Of a DNA stretch of 64,000 nt, positions 27,789 through 41,418 are shown in pieces (position 1 is the stretch's first letter; every line of letters starts with the position of its first letter). The stretch is from Kudoa neothunni. Lineage: Eukaryota; Animalia; Cnidaria. The translations under genes were made by a program, and so were the position numbers. The stretch is taken from assembly GCA_964304625.1 (NCBI GenBank), contig OZ199839.1, forward strand, positions 5,958,311 through 6,022,310. The letters run 5' to 3'. Below the pieces are notes generated by a model. The model was not told the origin of the DNA. It worked only from the letters and a program-made list of their open reading frames with translations, and made no database searches.

Positions 27789-29137
27789 ATGTTGGTTCTT
27801 TCAATTCTCCCTCTATTCTTAGCAACAATTTCTACGGGTATTTTCTTATTCGTGTAAAATAACTGAATATCACGGTTAAGAGAGAGCATTGCCTAGTTAC
27901 GATAAGGATGAAGGTCTAGCCCCAGTTTGGATGAATGCCGCAGAACAAGCCAAGGCTGTAGTTGAAAGATGGTACGTTGATAAAACTGACGCTACCTGCA
28001 AACCTTTCAATTATCTTGGATCCCTTGGAAATTTTAATAACTTTGTCTCAAGAGCTGCTTGCAATAATCACCGTACAAATAAAATTCTCAAACATCCCGT
28101 AATACCAATTTAGTTCGATTCACACCAGAGGAAAAGGCTGATGCATGTGCAGAGCCAAAACATGAAGGATCGTGTGAGCTGTCAGGTGATAAAACTTTGA
28201 CAAGGTGGCATTTCAAAGATAATATTTGCCACGAATTTAAATATAAAGGATGTGGTGGAAACGCAAACAACTTCGAAACTGTGACAGAGTGCAAGCAGGT
28301 TTGTCAAAGTAAATCCATTTTTTAAGTAATAAGAAAAGGATAACAAAATATTAATATAATTAATTAAATTTCATATTAAATAGACACGGAAAATGGAAAA
28401 ATGGAAGCTAGTTCCCCGGCTGAAAAAATCACACCTGTTCCAAACGAATTCGACTGCACTTTTAGAGCTGAAGTGAAAACCGCAACTCCAAAAATGGGGA
28501 TTGTTCCCCATAAAGATGGAGATAGATGTGTTTATGCTGCCGTTGGAAATGAAGCTAAGAGGGGATTTTTCAAGAATTTACCATCATGCGTAAAAACTTG
28601 CGTTAGTAATATAATGATGGTTGAAACTTCATTACTAACCATCTGTAGAAAATCTGAAACCAGCATGTAAAGCTGATGGTCCGCATCAAATACCCTCGGA
28701 ATCGGAAGTTACAAGTGGTGTACATACATATTACTATTTCAAAAAATCTGAATCCGTATGCATGCCTTTCATGTCAATAGCACCAGACTTGAAAACTAAA
28801 ATTGATGATGGTGCATTAAATATATTTAGTTCGGCTGAATTATGCGCAAGCTATTGCCCTGCAAGTATAACAATTTACAATAATACGTTCATATTTTTCA
28901 TTAGCTGGTCATATCGGCCAATTAAAAGCTGTTGAAGCTTGCAGTCTTCAAAAAGCTGGTGAATCAACTTCGACTGATAAATACAAGATAGAAAGATATC
29001 ACTACAACCATGCCGAAACAAATCCTGATCAAAAATGCAAGAAATTTGATTTTAACGGAAGGGAAATGAATTTGAATAATTTTGAGACTAAACAAATTTG
29101 TGACGCAATTTGCAAAGATCCACTGACCAGTGCATAA
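27789..29137 (+). CDS. five-Kunitz secreted protein, copy K4 (module 2 is 7 codons shorter)
   Basis: Exons 27789-27837, 27881-28072, 28114-28308, 28384-28605, 28649-28864, 28905-29137. Exon 3 is 195 nt versus 216 nt in the other copies; frame intact. Confidence 0.92.
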
Positions 29138-30355
29138 TCCTGGATTAGGCACATATTCAACATGACTAATATTTTAAATCCATTAGTACTTTTATTCTCT
29201 TAATACATATATATTTATTTACCATATTCTTTTAATTATATATAAAATCTATTGTTTTATAGTTGTAAATAAATTTCATATTTATAAAGTTCAAAAGCTA
29301 GGGATTTAGGTTATTTTAAAAAATATTTATATACATTTAAAGAAGTATACAGACAAGTTTTTGCAATATGTTTTCAATCAATATTTAAATAGCTTATTTA
29401 AATTAGTAAGACGATTTAACATTATTAAAAGCCCCATGCAGTGAATAAATTACATGATTGTCTGTATTATAAATATGTAATTGAAATATAATAATAAAAA
29501 ATATTTTGATTTAGGGGAATAAAAACAATATAAACGAATTATAATATTTAATCGCATTTTATTTTAATCATGTATATAGATAAAGATTAAAGTAAGCTTT
29601 TCTTAGATGTATCAATATTTGACTCAGAGAGAAAATAGCGCCATATACTATTTTATTTTGTTAATTAATACAAAACTTTATATCATATGCTAATTTATCC
29701 ACTAAGATGTATAAATCTCAATAAATAATATAGAAATGCCAACGATTATAAAAAAAAATTGATAACATGACGAAAAATATTAATTCCTATATTTTGGATC
29801 AAATGCATTTTAGAAAAAATTTTAATATAAAAATATAATTATTTAAGTTGAACTTTGATTAACGTTAAGTCGTCAAAAAATATATGTAGAATTACTAATT
29901 TCCAGGAAAAATGTCACGAATATTATTCGCACGCATTATTCGCACATAATTCAAAGTTAATTTCTAATTTATGACTAAAATTTGTATATGTTATTTAATT
30001 TATTAAACTTCCATAGCATTGCCCGAATTCGACATCCATATGTTATAAAAATATTTATATGAACCATTGAGAAATGGATAAGTGCCATTATTATTATAAT
30101 CTTAATTACCTAGATAAAATCTTTCTGTAAAAATTATTAATTGTTAAATATGAAATAAATTATATTGGTTCTCTAAATTTATAATGAACATATATTTTGA
30201 GCTTATAAAAATGGATTAAAATATGATAAACACTAATTACTTTTTCAAATGTTAAAAATAAATAATTTCGCAAATTACATAAGATATTATATTTCTAGGT
30301 TACATAGAAAACATTATAGAACAATATTATTTATACGCCATAAAAGTTTAATTAA

Positions 30356-31882
30356 CCCTCGAAGGACGATGCCCCTGAAAATCACGTAGGGGACGGAATG
30401 GGTCCACATAGACTTCAGAAATTATAGCTGATTTTTTTTAATAAATTACGCATACTTAACCAATACATATTGAAATTTTATGTTATGCAGTAAAAAAATG
30501 TATAACATTTATAAAATTGGAAAAAAATCGAATAAATCCATTGGAAAACTATTATAGATCTTCGATGTGTAATGAAGATTTTGAGTGAGTATGTAACATT
30601 TGTTATAGTAGATTTTTATTTAGGATGTTATAAAACGTGATGATATAATTTTAGGAACAGTCTTCGCTACGAAATCAATGACAACATATCGTTCGATTCT
30701 GATGCATGATACCCGGGATGCATGATACCCGGAAAAACTCATAATCTCTCTCTAATAAAGTAAATTAAATTCGCACAACAATTAATCTTTTCATTTTATT
30801 CTCTGATGACTGTAAAAATGAAATTAAAAAGTATCTAACGACATTATTTCAATTCTTATTCTCCTAATAATAATTGGATGTTAATATCTCATAATAGTCG
30901 TTTTAATGTTATAAGCTACATTATGTTGTAAATCAAACAGTTCAAAACTTACAAAAATATTCCAGTAAGTATTTTTTTATTAAAACGTGTGATAATAGAA
31001 CGGTAGTGGAGAAATTTTATTTTGTTTACTTGCTTGGTTAGTAACAAACATTAAGAAAATTGAGCAAATGTTCAAACATAACTTATTAGTGTAGAATAAT
31101 ATCTTTTAATGAATATATCTGAGAAGAAAATTCTGAAAGAACCGATAACATATTCAATGTTTCTCACATTTCTCATAAGACCCTGAGTAGCATTAATAAT
31201 GTTGTGTGCTCTAGTCTTTACTTCATCTCGAGGTTTACCATCCCATTAAAAACCAGATTTTTCTTTTGTAACAGGACCTGAATTTTGGATGCAATCAATA
31301 CCATCAATCTCAACATCACTCTGAGAATCAATACATTCCAATAAATCCTCACAGCTAGAAGCATCTGACAAATTTCCTTCTTACTAAATGTCGCTTACGG
31401 TAATTTATTTATTATCAACATGGTCATCCAATAAATATTCTGAATTATTACTATACATTATTAAATCAAAATAAATACAAATAAAGTTAAAATTATCAAA
31501 TTACAAATACTTGAATATTTTCAAAAAAATTAAGCCTGCACGCTAACAAAGAATAATCCTATAAAATATAGATTACTATCGCCTAGATGGATGAAAAAAC
31601 GTAATTATGCCAATATTCCTTAAATTAATAATCCCAGAATAGTTCATTCATTTCCATATAATTATCTGAATTGATATATTACATAAATTAAGAGTTACAA
31701 ATAATTATTTTTGATGTTCATTTAAAACGTTAAACATTTCAAGTCATATATGAGAAAATTTTCCTTTTGATATTTAAACGTAATTAAAAAGTATCTCTTG
31801 AACTAGTTACATAAAGTCAATAAAAAGTAAAACTCATAAATGTGTGTCGTGGGGTCCACGCGGATCCCGGGAGTATTAAGCG
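30356..31882 (-). mobile_element. internally deleted piggyBac element with transposase remnants
   Basis: TTAA|CCCTCG terminus at 30352-30361; subterminal GGGTCCAC motifs at both ends (about 30400 and 31852). Minus strand about 31260-31090 reads KSGF*WDGKPRDEVKTRAHNIINATQGLMRNVRNIEYVIGSFRIFFSDIFIK, matching the piggyBac N-terminal pattern W..P....R..NI.....G...F.lFf.D.I. Contains stops and frameshifts. Confidence 0.7.
30701..30732 (+). repeat. perfect 16-bp tandem duplication
   Basis: GATGCATGATACCCGG x2, inside the piggyBac remnant. Confidence 0.9.
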
Positions 31883-34800
31883 TTATATTATAATTTAATT
31901 CAAGTTTGATTATGGATGTCTTAATATATTCAAGTTATATATTTCTCAAAACCCAGGATAATCCTATATTAGCATAGAAAGATGTAATTTTGGTCTATGA
32001 AAATATTACTTTTATATTATCTAAGTTTACTTTATCTGTTATATTGTAGTTAGCGCAAATCTGATTCCATTTGATTGTTTAATTTAAGTAATAATTATTT
32101 TACGGCGTGTTTGACCAAGGTATCTCCCTTAAGTTATTCGTTTGTCACTCCTATTATTCGAATCAATCTGCTCTAATAATATCATTTTATTCAAAAGTAT
32201 ATAATGGCTAGGTTGTGGTTTCATACCTAAAGTTTAGAATTATTTGTATCTAAGCCGATAAGGACATACTTGACTGTAAATAATTCGACATCTTGTACGA
32301 TTTTAGAACTCATACGCAACGCAAAAAAATCATTCTACAGTTTTATAAACAACTTTATTAATTTGATGATGTTTTCTTTATTTCATTTGTTTTAGAATAT
32401 TATTTTGTTTTTATAAACAAATTCTACGGAATAATTATATTTTCTTGAAACATTGAAACACGCCATTTTGAAAGTTAACTGAATGTGAACTGCATTATAA
32501 AATTTAGGTGCAACATGATGAGAAATAGACACAAACAATACTTATATCAGACATTAGTAACGTATTGAAAAATAGAATCTATTTGTAAGTTTTAAGGTTA
32601 ATATTTGGGGGTATTGAGAGAAATGAATACGAAGACATAAACTATCCAATCATATATCCCAGCACATTGTTAAATACTAACTATTTAGGAAAAAAATTTT
32701 TTATACTAACACTCAACGTAATGAGCAGCAATTAACAATATGGAATTAAATATATATATATATATATACCAATGTGTATATCAACAATATGAAATTTCAT
32801 CAATGAAATTTTAAGAGTTTTTTTAAGGTTTTGACCGAAAATATATTATTATATTTCTTTATAATTTGAGGTGATTATTTTTCTCTTTACAAATTCTATA
32901 TAAAATGGCGTAAAATATCGTTGTTAATATATGAAAACCTGATTTTTTATGAAAAATGTAATTATATTTTCCTATGTAATATAAATATTAAATTAATTAC
33001 ATATATTATACATTAAAAACTTTATTATTTATTCAATAATTCACATTATGTTTTAAATTGGCCAAAAAATAATGAACTTAAAAAAATTTATTTGAAGTTT
33101 TATTAATATTGAATAAATATTAATTGGACTATTTCTTATTTTGTGCTATCATATAAACTCTTTATTTTACCTAATGAATTATTTTTACATCTGAGGTAAA
33201 TTTGATTAAAATTTCCCAAGAGATTAAATACAAAATCATTCTTAAATTTTGAAAAATTCGTATTTTTATTAAGTACAAGAATTAATTTAAAATATATTAG
33301 TTAATATTTTAAATTAATGTTGAATTTTAGCATAAGAAATTAACTATAGATAATTAAACCATAAAAATGAATATTAATAAGTAAATTTTACATCCCCATG
33401 AAATATTCTTTGTTCAATTAAAAATATTGTTTCTTCTTATTGTATGTTACAATTTTTAATATATACACCTATAATAATACTTAAATGGAAATTAGATTTA
33501 ATTTGATATTAGGTTTAGTAGAATGTTAAATAAATTCATATAATGACAAATTTTAGATAAATTTTAAATTAAACATTTAGTTAAAAAGATTAAATAGTAT
33601 AGTTAATCTACCGAAAAGCTTTATCGAATATACTAAAGCTTATGTATACAAATGACTTTGTGATATAACATTTATAAGATGCATTATTTTTACTGCTAAT
33701 TTCTCGTATATTTAAATGTTTGATTTAAAAGTTAAATTACAATAACACTATATATATTTTGTAATGTTTCTTACTTTTGGCATATGAAGAAGTTTTTCGA
33801 AATTTTAATCTAAAATATTTTTAATACCATCTTAATACTTTGTCATCGCGGAAGGTTATCCCTCATGCGAATGCGACCAATCTTAAGAAATATATTGAAC
33901 GAGCGATCCTTATCTTTTTTATGGTACGAATATCAATAAAAATAGTAAAATAAATCTTCTGTAGAAATATTCATTTTGGCGCTTATTTTTTCGACCGATT
34001 CAATAATGATTATATATCATAGTTATCGGTATTATTAGATTTTTAAGTAATCGTCCTCACAAATTATTTAATATATTATATTGACACATAATTGAGTCAA
34101 TAGTTATTTCGCAGAAAAGTATTAAAGAATCGGACTGAATTTTTTGTGGATATGTTGTGAACGAAAAACATTATATAATTGTACGATGAAGCTCAATTAA
34201 TTATTTATAAATTTAATATATATTCGCACTCTCACATTTGGTTTTTATTACTTGAAAATATATGACACTTTTGAATCATTTCATGATAAGCATTTTTTTT
34301 AACATCAGAAAACTTTAAAATCCTATTGGATCCCATTTCTTTACTTAATTTAATTTTTTCATTATAAGTAAAAGATAATACATTATATCTGATTTTACTA
34401 TTATAATAAAATTAATTTGAAATTTTACGAAAAATAAAAAATTTCGCATTTATCTCTTTCTGCGGAAGCTCTCATAATGCATTTTAAAGTCATGAGGAAA
34501 TATCTAGATAATATTAACTCATCTCAACGAATAAGTCAATTTTTTAAGTTCAATTCATTCCTGGGTTGAAATTTTTCACCACGCCATGTTATTACAATTT
34601 TATTACAACCATTTATCCGAGTTTTATGGATATTACTTTGGTAATTATTCAATTCTACCAATTATCTTTTAATTTTTTTCTTCCCTAGCCTTATTAGAAG
34701 AAACAGCAAACAATGGGAAACAAAATTTTGAAGTTAGATTGTTCATCAACTGTGATATAAATCGATTATTTGGCAAGATGAATAGCCTCAGAAATATTTA

Positions 34801-35424
34801 ACAATATAAATATAAATCGATACATGACTGCTTAAAAAAGTTATCATAATGTTCAGATATTTTGAGAAACGACAAAATTTTGCTAAAATATTCAACATTC
34901 ATTGTAGGATGTAATTAAAGTATAATAGGGGGTTAAGGAGAAATAACAAGTATTAAGTGAAATATTTCAAACAAAATATCAATATTTTTTAATTTAAAAG
35001 AAGATAGCCTTAGTTTACCATTAATATTGTTGTACTTCTAATATTTTTTACTGATTCGGAACATACCGCTGTCGAGTCCCGTATATCATTGATGGCGGTA
35101 TAATCTACAAAACTTGATGACTAATAAGTCTAAGTCTCATTTGGATTTGGAACTACCTATTTAAAATTTATGTTGTCATACTTAAGTTAAAAACCGGCAT
35201 CGAATATGAAAATTTTAGCGAAAAGGGTGCTTGAAAAATTTGACCAGCATTTGACGATTACTGCCAAAGATTACCAACTAACCTAACAGTTAAGAAAAAA
35301 ATCTTGTTGAAATTGACACAATTCTCATCTAAAATTCGTTTATATTAACTCATAAAATTAAAGTATGTAAGGGATTTGTGGAAACAAAACTTTATTCACA
35401 TACAATATTTATTCATTCATTTAT

Positions 35425-35660
35425 GGATATGGCTATTGACATGGATCATAATATTCAGGCAGGTATAGTTTTGACTGCATTTAATTATTTTTGATCCCTA
35501 GACGCGTTAACGAAAGGCCAAAAATAATTAAATACAGCAGATTCTAAAAAATAAATTTTAAAGGTCAATAATAAATAGGAGTCATTGGGATTAAAATTTG
35601 GCACTGCGCAAGCGTAGTTGCTATTTCGGATTAAAAACTTTCGTGTCAATAGCCAGTGGC
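35425..35660. mobile_element. 236-bp Mutator-like MITE with 9-bp TSD
   Basis: TTCATTTAT at 35416-35424 and 35661-35669. Imperfect TIRs start with G and share TGGCTATTGACA. The paralogous site at about 12592-12601 is empty and has one TTCATTTAT. Confidence 0.85.
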
Positions 35661-36366
35661 TTCATTTATTACGAAACTCTGAGCTATCAGTAAAATTTGA
35701 ATTAATATGGAATAATTTTTTCTTAATTTATTCATTGAATTTAATTAAAAAATCAATAGTAGTTGTTGTTTTATTCGCCGGTCCAATCAACGTGTAAAAT
35801 ATTTCAATAGAATATTCCCATATAAAAATCTAAAGTAGATTATAAAGACTGTCAAATATTGGCCATAAAAGTGAAAATCAAACATACATTATTGGAGAAT
35901 GAGAAGAATATTAAAAATTATATTTTACGAATTTCCATGGAATTGAAAATAATTTGATATGATTAAATTATTCATGAAAAGGAGTTTTCAATGTTTATTT
36001 ATATGAATAGATATTTCTTTAATTGCGATGTTAATAATTAACCCTGTATGATTATAAAAATAAATTTAGAGGTGCATTATCTGAAATGAATGAAATGTAT
36101 GTACATTCGATAGTAATAATTAATTATTGCAATTTTGCGAAGATATTATATTTATACGGAATAAAATTTCTAAATATGTGGAATCAAAATCATGTGAGGG
36201 GGTGGTATATTTAATATTTTGTTTAAGGTAATATGACAGTACATTAGTTCTCTCATTTAATTGAGCTAAATAAATTGTAAGTATAGATTATCTCTATGAA
36301 TGATCTATGACGAATTTAATCCGTTATAATATCTGTTCAATCGTTCTCTCTTACACAATCATCAAT

Positions 36367-37740
36367 ATGTTGGTTTTTTCAATCCTTATTCTATTCTTAG
36401 CAACAATTTCTACGGGTATTTTCTTATTCGTGTAAAATAACTGAATATCACGGTTAAGAGAGAGCATTGCCTAGTTACGATAAGGATGAAGGTCTAGCCC
36501 CAGTTTGGATGAATGCCGCAGAACAAGCCAAGGCTGTAGTTGAAAGATGGTACGTTGATAAAACTGACGCTACCTGCAAACCTTTCAATTATCTTGGATC
36601 CCTTGGAAATTTTAATAACTTTGTCTCAAGAGCTGCTTGCAATAATCACCGTACAAATAAAATTCTCGAACATCCCGTAATACCAAATTTAGTTCGATTC
36701 ACACCAGAGGAAAAGGCTGGTGCATGTGCAGAGCCAAAACATGAAGGATCGTGTGAGCTGTCAGGTGATCAAGCTTTGACTAGGTGGTACTTCAGCAGGA
36801 CTGCCGTTGGTGACGTAACGAATGCGTGCCATCAATTTAAATATAAAGGATGCGGTGGAAACGCGAACAACTTCAAATCTGAGAAGGAATGCAAACAAGC
36901 TTGTCAAAGTAAATCCATTTTTAAATTAATTAAAAAAGGAGTATAAAATACTAATATAATTAATTTAATTTTCCTATTGAATAGACACTGAAAACGGAGG
37001 TATAACTGGTAGTCCTTCAGCTGACAAATTGACACCTTTTCCAACGAATTCGACTGCACTTTTAGAGCTGAAGTGAAAACCGCAACTCCAAAAATGGGAA
37101 TTGTTCCCCATAAAGATGGAGATAGATGTGTTTATGCTGCTGTTGGAAGTGAAGCTAAGAGGGGATTTTTCAATGATTTGCCACATTGCGTAAAATCATG
37201 CGTTAGTAATATAATTATGGTTGAAACTTCATTATTACCATCTGTAGAAAATCTGAAACCAGCATGTAAAGCTGATGGTCCGCATCAAATACCCTCGGAA
37301 TCGGAAGTCACAAATAATGTACATACATATTATTACTTTAAAAAATCGGAATCTCTATGTTTGCCTTTCATGTCAAAAGCACCAGAGGGGGATACTAAGA
37401 TTGATAATGGAGAATTGAATATATTCAGTTCCGTTGAGTTATGTGCAAGTTACTGCCCTGCAAGTATTAAATATCTACAATAATATATTTATATATTTAT
37501 CTAGCTGGTCATATCGGTCAATTAAGAGCTGTTGAAGCATGCTCTCTTCCCAAAGCAGGCGTAAAAACAGATGCCGACAATTATAAGCTGGCAAGATTTT
37601 ATTATGACTCCACTGAAACTCAGAGCGAGAAATGCAAGACTTTTGACTTTAATGGAAAAGATATGAACCTTAATAACTTTGCAAGAAAGGAAGATTGCGA
37701 CGCAATTTGCAAAACACCATTATCTACTACTGGTAGTTAG
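36367..37740 (+). pseudogene. five-Kunitz secreted protein, copy K5, frameshifted in exon 4 (truncated two-module product, pseudogene, or sequencing error)
   Basis: Exons 36367-36415, 36459-36650, 36693-36908, 36985-37205, 37248-37463, 37505-37740. Exon 4 is 221 nt versus 222 (TTTTCCAACGAA versus TTTTCCAAACGAA at about 37043), giving TGA at 37074-37076. Downstream exons are otherwise open. Confidence 0.75.
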
Positions 37741-39459
37741 ATGTACTGCTTACAATCATAATGCGTACGATAGAAAATTCTAAATTTATTAGTATCTTAT
37801 TATTTAGATGATATTAAGTTATTATTTGAGTGTTGTTATCCAATAATTTACATATAAATATTTCCTAAAGTACGAAATTTAAGTCATTGTTTTATTTTCT
37901 ATATGGAAAAAAATAATATATTTCGGCTTATAGAAATAAATTAAAATATATTATTGATCAAAAACAACAGATTAATGATTAAAAATATAATCTCTAATAT
38001 GAATAATAAAGTGAAAGCGGATTGGCATTGTGTATAATTAATTTTTACTTATACAAAATTTAGCCAAGAAATAATATTAAAATTATGAATAATGATTTAA
38101 GATATCATTTGATAATATTTAATGTTTTTATTATTTTTATTTTGTACTGTAATTGAAAAAATCATCTCATTATAATATTGTTTCAAACTATCATCAAATA
38201 TAAACTACCTATTACAATATATATTATTACAACATTTAATAACTGAAGATCTATCATTGCTTACTTATTTGTTGTTTAATTGGTTGTATCAGCAGTGTTA
38301 ACACAAAATAAAGAAAATAAACATTTATAAATATTTATTCTTAGAGCTTTTTTTCGGGCTTTATAAAAAAAATATTAACTAAAATTACATATTTCATTTT
38401 CAACGAATATTTAAGAAATGAGTGAATGGCACATTTTTATTTATCACATTTATTTGTATGAGGAATCAAATCAGTTGTAAAAAAAGCTTAAAAATATTCC
38501 CTTACGATTAGTCCTTTTCTCATTTTAACATTATTTTGTTGATTCTCTTTATTATATAAAATATGAACATTATTTTTGTAAATATTGTTTTTTTAATTTA
38601 AAATATTTCATTAGAATAATTAAAACAAGATTTATTTAGTATTCATTATGAGTCTTAGAGAGAAATTTTGCAATGCATAATTAATTTAACCAAATTCCCC
38701 CTTGGTTTTGGAAAATACATAATCCGATATGTAAATATTATAATCTTCAACGTTTAATTATTTATTGGAGCGTTTTTATTCTTCTATTTGACTATTAAGT
38801 ACATGAATATTATATTTTATATAATTTTATTAAGTTTTTATTCTACGAATGACTTAGGTGACATATTATTGTATCGTATAATACAAATTATTATTTATTA
38901 GAATCATATATCCGTAAAACTCTTGTATATAAAATTTAACGATAATATCTAAACATTGAGCTGCATTCTTTGTTAAAAACATTAAAAAATAACAATAACG
39001 CTTAAACTGATAAAAATTATTCCGCGTTTAATCAATTTAGTTAATATTCTACAATTACACATTATAAAATAAGAAAAATTAATGACTCCTAGGTCATTAA
39101 TCGATTCCATTGAAAAAAATTATGTTTACATCCAATGTGTTCCTATTATTTGATTCATTAAATAATACTATTAATTGCTGTTTATTAATATATTATATAA
39201 ATATATAAATGATTTTTTAGCGTATTTCAATATTAATATATTAAATTGTCGTCAATTATTGAAAATTATCAAATAATTTTATTGTAAAAGTTGTCGAAAA
39301 TATAATAATCTCAAATAATACAGTTTGTCTTATTGATCCTCTTAAAAATTATTTATAAATAAATATTACCTGTCCAGAAAATAAGATTAATAATTATAAT
39401 AAATGCAATTATTATGTCTTATTCAAGTTTTTATAAATTATTTAAGAAAATTTCTTTAA

Positions 39460-41418
39460 CCCTTTTTGTACTACGTACGAAAAAATTAGGCGTGTGCCGA
39501 GGGGGTACATTTGGGACCCCCATTTAAATCAGTGTTAAACGCCACCAGCTATTATAAAATTAACGTGATACTGTTAAAAAACATTTATAATCTTAAAAAA
39601 TAAAACCTAGTTATCCCAGCTAGCTTAAAATGTAGATTCGAGGTCAAGATGATCTTATTGTTTTTGACCAAGGTGATAAAAACAGCGCATAAATTTCAAC
39701 ACTATAGTTTTTTAAGATGTCTAAATAAAATAAACATCTAATTTATCCAACTATATTCCAAACAAATTAATAGATGATAGAGATGAAACATAGATCCAAC
39801 TAAGCGCCGTTTTGTAGAAATAATCAGACTGTTTCGGAAGTAGGAAATTTTGCCGCACATGTAATTTACTCTAGATGTCATAAAAATCAATTTTTGAAAA
39901 ACTAACATGACTTTAATTTCTTCAAAAATAAATTAAAATTATTTTAAAAGCAAAATTTCTTAATAATTTATTTATATTTTTAAAAGCTATACTCCCTAAC
40001 ATTTCTATGAAATGTTTTCTAATTTGTTCACATAATTAAGAGTATCATGGGTTAGAAACAACTGATTGATGTTGACAAAAATCAATTAAGTTTAATTGCA
40101 CCTCGACCCCGATCAATAATTGCGATTATAAAAAAATTTTTAAAAATATATTTACATAATTTAGTTTTAAAATTCGCAATTAAAAATTAATTTAACCCGA
40201 TACTTTAAATATATTTTAATCAATAAACTGTTCAAAAAGTATATCTAACATTAAATATAATACTCAAAACCCACATGACTCAAAATAATTGAAGCTAGAT
40301 TCTTATTTATCAAATCTATCCGTCTTTAATATTAAAAATCAAAATAAAACTTTTTGATAACCATACTTTCGTTGTAATGTTTATTGGCTTGATACAACTT
40401 ACAATATTGTCTCCAAACAAATAAATATGTTATGAATCTTAATATTAAAAAAAATACAATAAAGAAAAAACTTTAGACTGTATAAAAACCCCATAAATTT
40501 TAATTATATTAACGCAAACGTTTGTAATCAACGATTAATCATTTTAACTTTAGATATAAAAATAAATATGTTCAAAAAATATTATTACTATACACAATGT
40601 TAATTAATCGAGGTTAAAATTGATTTCGTCTTACATTATTGCCTATTATAGAAAAATTAAGTACAAAATCGAGATAAAAAAACGCTGAAAAATAATCAAT
40701 GATACACGATTCAATAAGACTAACCGTAGTATAATAATAAAGACAAGAGTAAACCAAAATACTAAAAATTTGTGAATTAAAAGAGATTGTTTTGGAAATC
40801 GGTGTTTTATTCATAAGAATTACAAATTATTCTACAATATTGATTTTTAAATTGTTATAATTAAAAGAAATGTGAATTAAAATTTTCCCCAAAGTCTTTT
40901 ACACGTACATCGTTTTTGGGGTCATTAGACGAGTAATATACAATATAATCTAAATTAGGGTATATAAATTAATATAATATAAAAATACATTTAGTTATAA
41001 CCCATATGTAAACTATTAAAATAATGTTAATAGTTATTGAAGTACTAGTTGTGATAATTAAGAAAAACTAATTTATAGTCGCTTTATTTGATAATAAAAC
41101 AAAGAAGTTTTGCATTGAAAAGAGAGAGAATCAGTTTTCTAATTGGATTCAAAATAAAAAATTCACTACATACACCTTAATTTAATTTTTACAGATATAT
41201 AATATATTAAGAAATTATAATTTTTAATTTAAGTTATCATTAATGACGTAAGAATAATTTAAGCAAAAAATTCATTCATAAAATACAAATTTAGATTGTA
41301 CAACTCGATATAAATTGTGACTAGTGTAATTTTTCGTTTAAAAAAATAACTTTAAGTGCTTTTTATAGATTAAAAGTTTTTTTTGTTCTAAAGTGAGGCT
41401 CATGTATTCAAAAAGGGG
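39460..41418. mobile_element. putative piggyBac-like non-autonomous element
   Basis: TTAA|CCCTTTTTG followed by a GGGGGTACATTTGGGACCCCC palindrome-like subterminal motif; CAAAAAGGGG|TTA at 41409-41421. Pairing of the two ends is tentative. Confidence 0.4.
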
